A stretch of 32,000 bases of DNA from an uncultured archaeon (GCA_964496765.1 CAZCAP010000003.1:1-32000); one strand, 5' to 3'; counted from the stretch's first letter, positions 1 to 8,893 are shown. Made by a program: numbers and translations. Notes: generated by a model not told the origin, from the sequence alone.

Positions 1-285
1 GGCGGAAATACTGGAACAGCAATAACTCCAGCTGTATGGAATGTTGGAACAAATAGACTTGTTTACTTAGATAACGAATCACCTGCTGGTGCAATGATCA
101 TCGTTGGTGGATTTGTTGTAAACACTCTTGCACAAACAACATACGGTCTTGAAGATAAGCTTGTTCAATCAGGTAACTACGTTGTTGGAAAAGCAGCAAA
201 CGGTAATATCGTTGTTGCTGGAACAGACGCTGTTGACACAGCTTCAGCTGCAAAGGAATTAATCGCAGCAATCGAAAACATGTAA
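1..285 (+). CDS. C-terminal fragment of a secreted/surface (S-layer-like) protein; 5' end lies outside the window
   Basis: Frame 1 is open from base 1 (GGNTGTAITPAVWNVGTNRLVYLDNESPAGAM...) into the tracked ORF 94..285, with TAA at 283-285. Gly/Thr/Val/Ala/Asn-rich composition ending NIVVAGTDAVDTASAAKELIAAIENM resembles archaeal surface-protein C-termini. A hairpin plus T-tract follows. Confidence 0.5.
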   Translation, partial: GGNTGTAITPAVWNVGTNRLVYLDNESPAGAMIIVGGFVVNTLAQTTYGLEDKLVQSGNYVVGKAANGNIVVAGTDAVDTASAAKELIAAIENM

Positions 286-300
286 ATGTTTGAGATCTGA

Positions 301-337
301 AAAGGATTAAACTCCTTTTCCTTTTTTCTTTTTTTTT
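301..337 (+). terminator. Hairpin plus oligo-T tract downstream of the surface-protein gene
   Basis: AAAGGA (301-306) / TTAAAC loop / TCCTTT (313-318) runs directly into a T-rich tract to 337. Archaeal termination typically uses oligo-T. Confidence 0.5.
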
Positions 338-476
338 AAATTACCCTGAGACGTAAGTCTAGGCTAGAAAGCTATTACAAATCTATTTAAAAAGATAACT
401 ATTAGTATGTTATATACACCTAACATATTATTAATAATGTGTTACTTACACACAACCAACTATGATGTGATATTTT

Positions 477-1802
477 ATGCGAGATATAATGTCTTATAAT
501 CAAAATATTTTAATTTCACAAAATCAATGGTGGAAAGAACAAATATCTATTGATTATAAAGAAAGAGATGAACATCTAAAAATATTACAATATTTAAATG
601 AACCACAAATAATAGCTATAATAGGAATTAGAAGAGTTGGAAAAACAACCACCTTATATAAATTAATTGAAAAATACATTTTAGAAGGCTTTAATAAAAC
701 AAGTATTTTATTTGTTTCTTTTGATGAACTAAAAGAAGAAAAAATAAGAAATATAATAGACGATTATTGTATATTACACAACAAAGATTTATTCAAAGAT
801 AATTTATTGTTTTTCTTTGATGAAATTCAAAAAGTAAATAATTGGGAAGATCAATTAAAATCAATATATGATGAACATAAACTAAAAGGAAATATTAAAA
901 TATTTATTTCTGGTTCAGAATCTCTATTTATAAGAAAAAAATCAAAGGAAACGCTTGCAGGAAGAATATATGAATTTAAATTAAATCCACTATCCTTTAA
1001 AGAATATTTATCTTTTATAAATTATAATTTTGATAATATTAATCTATATAATAAAGAGTTATTACAAAAATTCAATGAATATATAATTTCCCAAGGATTC
1101 CCTGAATTAATAAGTAAAACAAATAAAGAAATAATAAAAAATTATACTTCAGGAATTATTGAAAAAGTAATATTTAGTGATATTGCAATTCAGTTTAAAG
1201 TAAAAAATCCATCGGTTTTAGAATCAATAGTAAACATAATCTCAAATGAACCTGGGCAGATAATAGATAACAATGGTTTAGCAAAAGAACTTGGAATATC
1301 TAGGCAATTAGTCTCAACATATTTAAAATATTTATGTGATTCTTTCTTAGTTTTAAAACTATATAACTTTTCTAAAAACCAAAGAAAATCAGAAAGAAAG
1401 CAAAAAAAATATTATCCAATTATTTTATCAAATCAATTAATATTTAGTGATGATTATCTTATTAAAACAAAAGTTTTTGAAAGTATTATTGTTAGTCAAT
1501 TAGAATCTAATTTTTTTTGGAGAACTCCTCAACAAAATGAAGTGGATGTTATATTAACCAAAGATAATAAAATAATTCCTATAGAAATAAAATATGGCAA
1601 AATAGAAACTACAGGGCTTGTTAAGTTTTTAACAACCTTTAATTTAGATAAGGGATACATAATTAGTTATAATGAGGAAAAAATAATAACGAACAATGTT
1701 AAAATTAGAACTAATTCAAGTACCATCAAAGAAGTTCAGAAAACAATTTATGTTATTCCAGCATATAAGTTCTTGCTTCTTAAGGATAAATATTTATTCT
1801 AG
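477..1802 (+). CDS. AAA+ ATPase of the COG1373 type (AAA_14 + DUF4143 architecture) with a C-terminal PD-(D/E)xK-like motif
   Basis: Walker A GIRRVGKTT and Walker-B-like LLFFFDEIQ, followed by a C-terminal WRTPQQNEVDVIL...IPIEIKYGK signature (EVD...EIK). Alternative ATG at 489. The 3' end overlaps the convergent ATPase gene by 9 nt. Confidence 0.75.
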   Translation: MRDIMSYNQNILISQNQWWKEQISIDYKERDEHLKILQYLNEPQIIAIIGIRRVGKTTTLYKLIEKYILEGFNKTSILFVSFDELKEEKIRNIIDDYCILHNKDLFKDNLLFFFDEIQKVNNWEDQLKSIYDEHKLKGNIKIFISGSESLFIRKKSKETLAGRIYEFKLNPLSFKEYLSFINYNFDNINLYNKELLQKFNEYIISQGFPELISKTNKEIIKNYTSGIIEKVIFSDIAIQFKVKNPSVLESIVNIISNEPGQIIDNNGLAKELGISRQLVSTYLKYLCDSFLVLKLYNFSKNQRKSERKQKKYYPIILSNQLIFSDDYLIKTKVFESIIVSQLESNFFWRTPQQNEVDVILTKDNKIIPIEIKYGKIETTGLVKFLTTFNLDKGYIISYNEEKIITNNVKIRTNSSTIKEVQKTIYVIPAYKFLLLKDKYLF

Positions 1803-4121
1803 AGCCGATGCAACATCTTTTGCATCCTTCTTTTCTTCATTAATTCTCTTTACTATTTTTGGAGCAAAGGAATCATGATACCATTTCTTCCAAATGGTTG
1901 TTACTTCTAGGTAGTCTATTCTCCCTTTTTCCTCAAGATAAACTTCCTTTAAAAGAAGTAGTTTATTATGTGTTGCAGCTGTGTTCTCTGCTTCCAATAA
2001 TTCAATACAATTCATTTCATGTGCAACTTCTACTTGATACTCTTTTTCGGTTGCAAGCATCTTAATATTATCCCAAACCTCTTCTATTCCCATCCCTGAA
2101 AGCCTACATATTTTTGAAAATAATTCTGAGTCCTTGAGTGCATCTTCATTCAGGATTAATGTATCCTTTCCTGCGTCATACTCAAGTAGGTTAAGTAATC
2201 CACCTTCTGCATCAGGATCTTTATTCCAATGCTTTCTAACTTCCGTTATTTGAACTATTCTTCTATGACTCTTGAGAGAGCCCTTAAACCTAATTGGTTT
2301 ACCAACCACAACCAGATCTGTTGCCTTAAATGAGGTGGTTGGAACCCCTAGATCGTTAACAACCCTATCCCATACAGCATATGCGGAGTCAGCGTGTATG
2401 GTTCCCATAACCACGTTCCCTGCTGCACCAATCCTCATTGCTTCATATAGCACTTTTGCTTCAACTGATCTAACCTCTCCAACAACCAGTGCTGAATCAC
2501 CAAGTCTCAAGGCTGTTCTTAGTGCATCCTCTGGCTTAACCTCTGCACTCTCTTCACTAGCACCAATGGCTGACCTAGTTTTTAATCTTTGAATATTATA
2601 TCCTATTTCCTTCATGTACTCAATTGGTAGTTCAAGAGTGTCCTCCTGAACAATAACTCTTGCGTTCTGAAGTATTTCAAGCATAAGTGCGGTCATGAGT
2701 GATGTTTTTCCAGAACCACGTGATCCAGCAACCAGAAGAGTACAATTATTATTTACAAAAAAAGATAACATTCCTGCTGCAAGTGGTGATAAAGATTTAA
2801 CATTAATTAATTGTGGAAGAGTCCATGGTGTTTCCTTGTGCAATCTAAATGCAAATGCTGTTCCATCTGTTGCAAGTGGTTTTCCAATAATTGCAATTCT
2901 TGTGTTAAGATCAGCTAGATCATAGTCTAGTATGGGATGAGCATCATCAAATGGTCTTCCAGACATTGCTCTTATTTTTCCAACAAAGCTTTCTGCATCT
3001 CTATCAGTGTAGTTTATGTTTGTTTGGCATTGTCCATATTGTGAATGAACCAAATAAATTGGTTTTGCACCAAGTGGCGAATCTAAATAAACATCAGTTA
3101 CTCTCTTATCAGATAACAATAGCTCAAGTATTCCATAGCCAATGGTGTATCTTGTTACAATCTCTGATAGCGCATTAATGTCCTCTGCTGATAAGTTTAT
3201 GCTATATCTTCTTGCAACATCTGCAATCGTGCTTTGATAAATTCTTTCAAAATATTTTTTAGTGGATGTTCCTGTTGTTAGGGTTACTTTTCCTGGTTGA
3301 TAGTTAGCAACAGTATCTTTTGTTTTAGTTAAAACAAAGTAATGATCAGGAGATAGAGTGTACTCAGGAGGATTAATAATATATTGATATTCAATCTTAT
3401 CTGGATGTTTGAATATTTGTACATTTGAATTAAGAACAGGATATTCATCCATTAATTGAAGTTTATCCATGTCTTCAAAGCTAATTCTTGAACCAATGAA
3501 TGCAGGCTTGATTTCAACCTCAAACAATGCTCTATAAATTTCTGATAAATCAGAAAGGTCTGTTGATTTAATAAGCAATGGTTTTAATGTTCTTATGAAC
3601 TTTGTTCTATCATACTCTTCTTTAATTAGGTTTAAATATTTTAAATTAGCTTTAAAGCATTCATTGCAGGGTTTACCCTGGGATTCATCAGCTCTTGATT
3701 TATTACTCTCGACTTCTCTTAATAATGAAAGATAGGAAGCAATTGGATCATAGGATAATAGATCTCTTGCAAACTTTAGTATATTATTATGTCTTTCAGG
3801 ATAGCATTCATCACAATCTATGTCCTTTACTCCAAGATGGGATGAAACCCAAACAGCTTTATTTTCAAAACTAATAAGTAGGTTTACCATTTCCTTTAAA
3901 TAATTAGTTTGTTCTTCTCCATATACTCTCTCATAAACATCAGCAAGAATAACCTCATCAGCATCAACTGTTTCAAGTATCTTCATTACATGATATCTAC
4001 ATCTTGGATCATCAGAGATAGACGTGTTATAAACACAATTACGGCAATCAAAAGCAAGCTTCTTTTTATTCCCCTCTGTGGTAACCACATAGTTACCAAC
4101 TGCATATTTTCCAATCTTCAT
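1794..4121 (-). CDS. Type II/IV secretion-family ATPase (VirB11/GspE/FlaI-ArlI superfamily), N-terminally extended
   Basis: Walker A AGSRGSGKTS, VIVQEDTLEL and LVVGEVRSVEA (Walker B/Asp-box region), and His box GTIHADSA. At 775 aa it has roughly 330 extra N-terminal residues carrying three CxxC pairs (CRNC, CDEC, CNEC). Confidence 0.85.
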   Translation of the reverse strand: MKIGKYAVGNYVVTTEGNKKKLAFDCRNCVYNTSISDDPRCRYHVMKILETVDADEVILADVYERVYGEEQTNYLKEMVNLLISFENKAVWVSSHLGVKDIDCDECYPERHNNILKFARDLLSYDPIASYLSLLREVESNKSRADESQGKPCNECFKANLKYLNLIKEEYDRTKFIRTLKPLLIKSTDLSDLSEIYRALFEVEIKPAFIGSRISFEDMDKLQLMDEYPVLNSNVQIFKHPDKIEYQYIINPPEYTLSPDHYFVLTKTKDTVANYQPGKVTLTTGTSTKKYFERIYQSTIADVARRYSINLSAEDINALSEIVTRYTIGYGILELLLSDKRVTDVYLDSPLGAKPIYLVHSQYGQCQTNINYTDRDAESFVGKIRAMSGRPFDDAHPILDYDLADLNTRIAIIGKPLATDGTAFAFRLHKETPWTLPQLINVKSLSPLAAGMLSFFVNNNCTLLVAGSRGSGKTSLMTALMLEILQNARVIVQEDTLELPIEYMKEIGYNIQRLKTRSAIGASEESAEVKPEDALRTALRLGDSALVVGEVRSVEAKVLYEAMRIGAAGNVVMGTIHADSAYAVWDRVVNDLGVPTTSFKATDLVVVGKPIRFKGSLKSHRRIVQITEVRKHWNKDPDAEGGLLNLLEYDAGKDTLILNEDALKDSELFSKICRLSGMGIEEVWDNIKMLATEKEYQVEVAHEMNCIELLEAENTAATHNKLLLLKEVYLEEKGRIDYLEVTTIWKKWYHDSFAPKIVKRINEEKKDAKDVASALE

Positions 4122-4206
4122 GAGTAAATGCCTTTTTTATATAATATATTATTATAATCTCTGTTATTATATATATCTTTAATATTTTTATATATTTGTA
4201 TTATAC

Positions 4207-4235
4207 TTCCTTTTAATAACTTTTCCTTTTAATAA
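4207..4235. repeat. 13-bp direct repeat TTCCTTTTAATAA x2 in the divergent ATPase/RPA promoter region
   Basis: Identical copies at 4207-4219 and 4223-4235, 43-71 nt upstream of the RPA ATG (4278). Confidence 0.6.
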
Positions 4236-4277
4236 TTATATACTACTTTAGATTAAATTTAAATGGGTTGAATAACT

Positions 4278-5606
4278 ATGGTAACAACATTAAATGATGC
4301 AAATGAAATTTATAATAAAATTAAGCTTGATACTAGTAAGGATGATAGTGAACTATCAATTGAGCTAGAAAAAATAAAAACCAAATATCAAGGTCTTCTT
4401 TCGGATGTTGGAGCAAACATAATGCTTGCTAAGTCTTTAGGAGTTAATCTTGATCTCAAAAGAACAAATGCTTTTCTTAAGATATCTGAAATCAATCCTG
4501 GTCTTGATGGGGTTTCTCTCTATGCAAGAGTTAAGTCCATTTCACCAGTAAGAACATTTACTGGAAAGGACGGAGGAACAGGAACTGTTCAATCAGTTTT
4601 TCTTTCTGATGAAACAGGATCAATTAAACTAAGTCTATGGCATGATAAAACAAATCTAGTTACTGAACTTGGACTTGATAAAAATACTTTACTATTAATT
4701 AAGGATGCCTATGTTTCAACCTACAATGATAAAACAGAATTGTCCCTAAGACAGGGTGGAAGCATAACCATAGAATCCAATAGCTCTCTTGTTCCTAAGA
4801 TTTCAGAAAACTTTATGTCTTTATCTGACATCTCTTCTGCCTATGAGTTTACAATAGACACAGTTGGAAGAATAACAAACATCTATCCAGAAAAAGAGTT
4901 TATGGATAAGGATGGGAAACCAAGAAAATTAATCTCAATTGAAATATCTGATGGAAAGAGAAGCATTAGATGTACCTCCTTTGATACTCATGTCGAGTTT
5001 ATTAAAACCAATTTTACAAAAGGAGATATAATTAAGCTTTGTGATGTTAGAGTAAAAGATGGACTCTATGATCAGGAAATAAACATTAATTGGAACTCAA
5101 CTATTATTAAAAATCCAAAAACAAAAGAAGTTATTCCTCCATTGAAGGATATGATTTCAAACAAGATTGAAAAAGGAACCATTTCAACACTTACAGAAAA
5201 CAAACCCTATCTTCTTGAAGGGGTTATTGTTTCAATAAATAAAAATAAACTAAGATATTTTAAATGCCCAACCTGTCAAGAAAAAATACAATCAATTGAA
5301 GGAGAGTTTATTTGCGAGAAATGCAATAAATCAGTTGATCCAATAGTTAATATATTTGGTTCAATTGATATTGATGATGGAACAGGGGTTATTAGAATTG
5401 TCTTCTTTAATGATATTGCAACAAAATTATATTCTTTAAACCCACAGGATCTTAAGAAAGAACTAACCGAAGAAGAAAGAAATGAAATATTTGATACTTT
5501 GGAAGCAAACCTAGCTGGAAAGAAAATATCAATTACTGGAAGAGGAAGAATGAATAATTTCTCTGGAAAAGTTGAGTTCCTTTGTGATTCTTTAGAATTA
5601 ATTTAA
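4278..5606 (+). CDS. rpa: Replication protein A (RPA/RFA-type single-stranded DNA-binding protein)
   Basis: Repeated OB-fold-like segments (e.g. VSLYARVKSISPVRTF...GSIKLSLW and TVGRITNIYPEKEF...RSIRCTSF) plus a C4 zinc ribbon CPTCQEKIQSIEGEFICEKCNK, as in archaeal RPA large subunits. Confidence 0.8.
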   Translation: MVTTLNDANEIYNKIKLDTSKDDSELSIELEKIKTKYQGLLSDVGANIMLAKSLGVNLDLKRTNAFLKISEINPGLDGVSLYARVKSISPVRTFTGKDGGTGTVQSVFLSDETGSIKLSLWHDKTNLVTELGLDKNTLLLIKDAYVSTYNDKTELSLRQGGSITIESNSSLVPKISENFMSLSDISSAYEFTIDTVGRITNIYPEKEFMDKDGKPRKLISIEISDGKRSIRCTSFDTHVEFIKTNFTKGDIIKLCDVRVKDGLYDQEININWNSTIIKNPKTKEVIPPLKDMISNKIEKGTISTLTENKPYLLEGVIVSINKNKLRYFKCPTCQEKIQSIEGEFICEKCNKSVDPIVNIFGSIDIDDGTGVIRIVFFNDIATKLYSLNPQDLKKELTEEERNEIFDTLEANLAGKKISITGRGRMNNFSGKVEFLCDSLELI

Positions 5607-5707
5607 TTCTTTAGAAGGGGGTTAGTTTGATTTGCGCCACATTTCAAGAGGGGCTGGTTCATTTTCCAAACTAAATCTTATTATATTTGCTTTCCTTCTT
5701 ATTATAT

Positions 5708-5722
5708 ATTGAAATTTTCAAT
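5708..5722. promoter_or_regulatory. Perfect 15-nt palindrome ATTGAAATTTTCAAT in the RPA/Bro-N spacer
   Basis: All seven base pairs around a central T were checked. It lies 161 nt upstream of the Bro-N/DinD-like ATG. Function unknown (operator candidate). Confidence 0.35.
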
Positions 5723-5882
5723 CCGCTTTTCTTTTGGGAAACACTTGGTTAATAGTTAAAATGCCTTTTAATAACTAATTAACATCCAACAAAACAAAGA
5801 ACAGGAAGGGGATTTGCTTGGCCAGGTACCCTCCCAAAAAGAATATATCCAATCAATTTTATAATATATGTGGTGACCTCTA

Positions 5883-6731
5883 ATGAATATTGATGATAAG
5901 AAGAAGTTGATTGTGTTCGAAAATAAAAAGATAAGAAGAATCTGGCATAGTGATGATTGGTTCTTTTCAGTTGTTGATGTGGTTGGTGCATTAACTGATA
6001 GTGATAATCCTAGAAATTATTGGAATATGCTTAAAATTAGAGAACAAGAGTCTAATGGAATTGAACTGTACACAAATTGTGTACAGTTGAAATTGGTTGC
6101 AGAAGATGGAAAATTAAGAGAAACTGATTGTGCAAACCTAGAAGGAATATTTAGAATTATTCAATCTATTCCATCAAAGAAAGCTGAACCATTCAAACTA
6201 TGGCTAGCAAAAGTTGGAAATGAGAGAATTAATGAGATGCATGATCCAGAGCTTACCATAGATCGAGCAATGAGAGATTATCTAAGAAAAGGATACTCAA
6301 AGGAATGGATTAATCAAAGATTAAAAACAATTGAAGTAAGAAAAGATCTAACTGATGAATGGAATAGGGTTGGAATAGAAAATGATTTGGATTATGCGAT
6401 TCTCACAAATGAGCTTACAAAAGCATGGTCTGGAAAAACAGTTGGAGAGTACAAGAAATTAAAGAATATTAAAAAAGAAAATCTTAGAGATAATATGACT
6501 AATCTTGAATTAGTCTTAAATATGCTTGCAGAAGCAACCACTACAGAGATTTCAAAAAAGGATGATCCAAAAACATTTACTGAAAGCAAACAAATTGCAA
6601 ACAAGGGTGGAACCATTGCAGGAAATGCAAGAAAGGAGATTGAAACACATCTAGGTAAGTGTGTTGTAACATCAAGAAATGCAAAAAATTTTCGTTTAGA
6701 AAAAAAGGACAAACAAAAATTAATAAAATAA
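5883..6731 (+). CDS. Bro-N domain protein of the DinD (DNA-damage-inducible protein D) type
   Basis: The N-terminus KKIRRIWHSDDWFFSVVDVVGALTDSDNPRNYW...KAEPFKLWLAKVG matches the Bro-N pattern. The C-terminal part (GYSKEWINQRLKTIEVRKDLTDEW, NLRDNMTNLELVLNMLAEATTTEI, GGTIAGNARKEIE) matches the module I recall from bacterial DinD-like proteins. GGTGA at 5872-5876 sits 6 nt before the ATG. Confidence 0.75.
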   Translation: MNIDDKKKLIVFENKKIRRIWHSDDWFFSVVDVVGALTDSDNPRNYWNMLKIREQESNGIELYTNCVQLKLVAEDGKLRETDCANLEGIFRIIQSIPSKKAEPFKLWLAKVGNERINEMHDPELTIDRAMRDYLRKGYSKEWINQRLKTIEVRKDLTDEWNRVGIENDLDYAILTNELTKAWSGKTVGEYKKLKNIKKENLRDNMTNLELVLNMLAEATTTEISKKDDPKTFTESKQIANKGGTIAGNARKEIETHLGKCVVTSRNAKNFRLEKKDKQKLIK

Positions 6732-6745
6732 ATTTGTGATTAAAA

Positions 6746-8893
6746 ATGGTTGAAGATTTTGATTTTGAAGATTTTGAAACAACAGAAAACATAACAAGAA
6801 CAAATGTAACCGTTGATGAATACATAAACACGTTTCTTGAATTCTTTGAAAGTATATGTAAAAGAGATATTGAATTTCTTGCATCTAATTATCCCACTGA
6901 AAGAAGTCTGATGGTTGATTATAAAAAACTAGAAGATTTTGATTTATCTTTTGCAGAAAAACTTCTTGAAAACCCAAACCTCCTATTGGAAGCAGCAAAC
7001 ATTGCAATCAAGAAAATGGATGTGGGTATTCTAGATGCAGAAATTGAAATGAAGTTTGAACCAATCGTTAGATTCTTTAATATTCCAAAGGAATATATGA
7101 TTGAGATCAGAGATATTGGTGCAGAACAAATTTCTAAATTAATTTCTGTTGAAGGTACCATTAGAATAACAACTGAAAGACTTGAAAAATTAACTCTTGC
7201 ACATTTTGTTTGTAAATCCTGTGGAACAAGCGTGGATATTATTCAAAAAACCCAGATCATGGTTAAACCTTTATTTTGTCCTGATTGTAAAAAACGTGAT
7301 TTTGATTTAGATCTTGATCAAAGTAAATTTATAGATTACCAAAAACTAAACATGCAGGAACCTCTTGAAAATCTAAAGGGTAGTGATCAAGCAAACAATA
7401 TAGAGGTATTTATTTCTGATGATCTTGTTAATCTTTGTTCCGCTGGTGATAAAATAATTGTTACTGGAATCATGAAGCTAAGACCACCAAAGGGAGATCA
7501 AAATATTTATACAAAATATATTCTTGCAAATCATATTGAACAGATAGATCAGGAATACAGTGAACTTAAAATTTCTCCAGAAGAGGAACAGGAGATTAGT
7601 GAGCTTTCAAAAAAAGGAGATGTTTATGATTTATTATCTGAATCTGTTGCTCCAATGATTTTTGGACATGAGGTTGTTAAGGAAGCAATCACCTTACAAA
7701 TGTTTGGTGGTGTGAAAAAAGAATTTGCTAAGCAATCACTAAGAGGAAACATACACATTCTATTGGTAGGAGATCCATCAACTGGAAAATCACAATTATT
7801 AAAATATGCAGACATTCTTGCTCCAAAAAGTATTTATGTTGCAGGAAAAACAGCATCTGGTGCTGGTTTAACTGTTTCTGCAGTAAAGGATGAGTTTGGA
7901 GATGGAGGTTGGACTCTTAAGGCTGGTGCTGTTGTTCTTGCTAGTGGTGGAATGGCGATGATTGATGAATTTGATAAAATGCTACCTGATGATCGTTCAG
8001 CTCTTCACGAAGCAATGGCCCAGGGAACTGTTTCTGTTTCGAAGGCAGGGCTTTACACAAAATTTAAAGCAGACACATCCATTCTTGCGGCCGCAAACCC
8101 AAAATACAATAGATTTGATAGATATAAAAATCCAATTGAACAAATTGATCTTCCCTTTTCACTAATTTCTAGATTTGATTTGTATTTTATTATTCCAGAT
8201 ATCCTAGATAGAGGAATGGATTTAAATATTACTAAACACATTTTAAAAACACACAGACTTGCTCAGCAGTACACAGGTATTGAAAAAAACAAATCAATTT
8301 CAAAAGAAGAATTACAAATTATTGAAAAAGAAATTTCTCCAAAGATTAGGCCCGATTTATTTAAAAAATATGTTGCCTATGCTAGACAGAACATAACTCC
8401 TGTTCTTTCTGAAGAAGCATCAAACAAGATACTTAATTATTATGTTGAGTTAAGAGATTTAGGGAGAGGAAAGAAAAGCTTCACAGCCACTCCTCGTCAA
8501 TTGGAAGGGTTAATTAGATTATCAGAAGCAAGTGCAAGAGTTAAACTTAAATCAGTTATTGATCCAAGCGATGCAGATAGAGCAATAAGAATATTTAAAA
8601 CCTCTTTAGAGCAAACTGCAACAGATAAGGAGACTGGAGTAATTGATATTGATATATTAACCACTGGACAATCACAGAGTGAAAGAAACTTCATGAAAAA
8701 CATTACAAAATTAATTAGAGATTTGACTGTGGATGGAAACCCAGTTGCTGTGTCCAAGGTTCTTGAAATGGCTGTTAAGGAAAACATGCCTGAAGAAAGA
8801 GTAAGAGAAGCAATCTCTAAGCTTAAGAAGATTGGAGACCTCTATGAACCAAGAGCAGGTCTTTTAAAAGTAACGGAGCCAGATAATATCTAA
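6746..8893 (+). CDS. mcm: MCM replicative helicase
   Basis: Zn finger CKSCG...CPDCKK, Walker A LLVGDPSTGKSQLL, Walker B MIDEFDKM, arginine-finger region LISRFDLYFII; 715 aa with no intein-like insertion. Confidence 0.95.
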   Translation: MVEDFDFEDFETTENITRTNVTVDEYINTFLEFFESICKRDIEFLASNYPTERSLMVDYKKLEDFDLSFAEKLLENPNLLLEAANIAIKKMDVGILDAEIEMKFEPIVRFFNIPKEYMIEIRDIGAEQISKLISVEGTIRITTERLEKLTLAHFVCKSCGTSVDIIQKTQIMVKPLFCPDCKKRDFDLDLDQSKFIDYQKLNMQEPLENLKGSDQANNIEVFISDDLVNLCSAGDKIIVTGIMKLRPPKGDQNIYTKYILANHIEQIDQEYSELKISPEEEQEISELSKKGDVYDLLSESVAPMIFGHEVVKEAITLQMFGGVKKEFAKQSLRGNIHILLVGDPSTGKSQLLKYADILAPKSIYVAGKTASGAGLTVSAVKDEFGDGGWTLKAGAVVLASGGMAMIDEFDKMLPDDRSALHEAMAQGTVSVSKAGLYTKFKADTSILAAANPKYNRFDRYKNPIEQIDLPFSLISRFDLYFIIPDILDRGMDLNITKHILKTHRLAQQYTGIEKNKSISKEELQIIEKEISPKIRPDLFKKYVAYARQNITPVLSEEASNKILNYYVELRDLGRGKKSFTATPRQLEGLIRLSEASARVKLKSVIDPSDADRAIRIFKTSLEQTATDKETGVIDIDILTTGQSQSERNFMKNITKLIRDLTVDGNPVAVSKVLEMAVKENMPEERVREAISKLKKIGDLYEPRAGLLKVTEPDNI

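Noticed and set aside
1794-1802. 9-nt 3'-end overlap of convergent genes as a regulatory feature
   Set aside because: It is common in compact genomes, and the terminal residues of both proteins are non-conserved tails.
2272-3178. Three ORFs (106, 76 and 75 aa) antisense to the secretion-type ATPase
   Set aside because: They overlap the conserved Walker A/B coding region of the 775-aa gene. Their Ser/Thr/Leu-rich products look like typical shadow ORFs.
5607-5882. Replication origin between RPA and MCM (also considered for 4122..4277)
   Set aside because: There is no Orc1/Cdc6 gene in the window, and I could not find repeated ORB/mini-ORB-type elements. TTTCCAAA (5663-5670) and TTTGGGAA (5733-5740) are only a weak inverted match and lack the expected G-string polarity. 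A genome-wide GC-skew or marker-frequency analysis would be needed.
5779-5991. 70-aa minus-strand ORF spanning the spacer and the start of the Bro-N gene
   Set aside because: It overlaps the Bro-N N-terminal coding region, has no RBS, and its His/Gln/Arg-rich product has no recognisable features. It probably reflects the GC-rich island rather than a gene.
6392-7161. Minus-strand ORFs of 106, 84 and 80 aa
   Set aside because: They lie antisense to the Bro-N/DinD-like and MCM genes and have no independent support.
4278-8893. RPA/Bro-N/MCM as part of an integrated virus or plasmid carrying its own MCM
   Set aside because: There is no integrase, capsid gene or flanking direct repeat. The flanking genes are housekeeping and co-linear, and the MCM is full-length and canonical. 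Only the Bro-N gene looks foreign.
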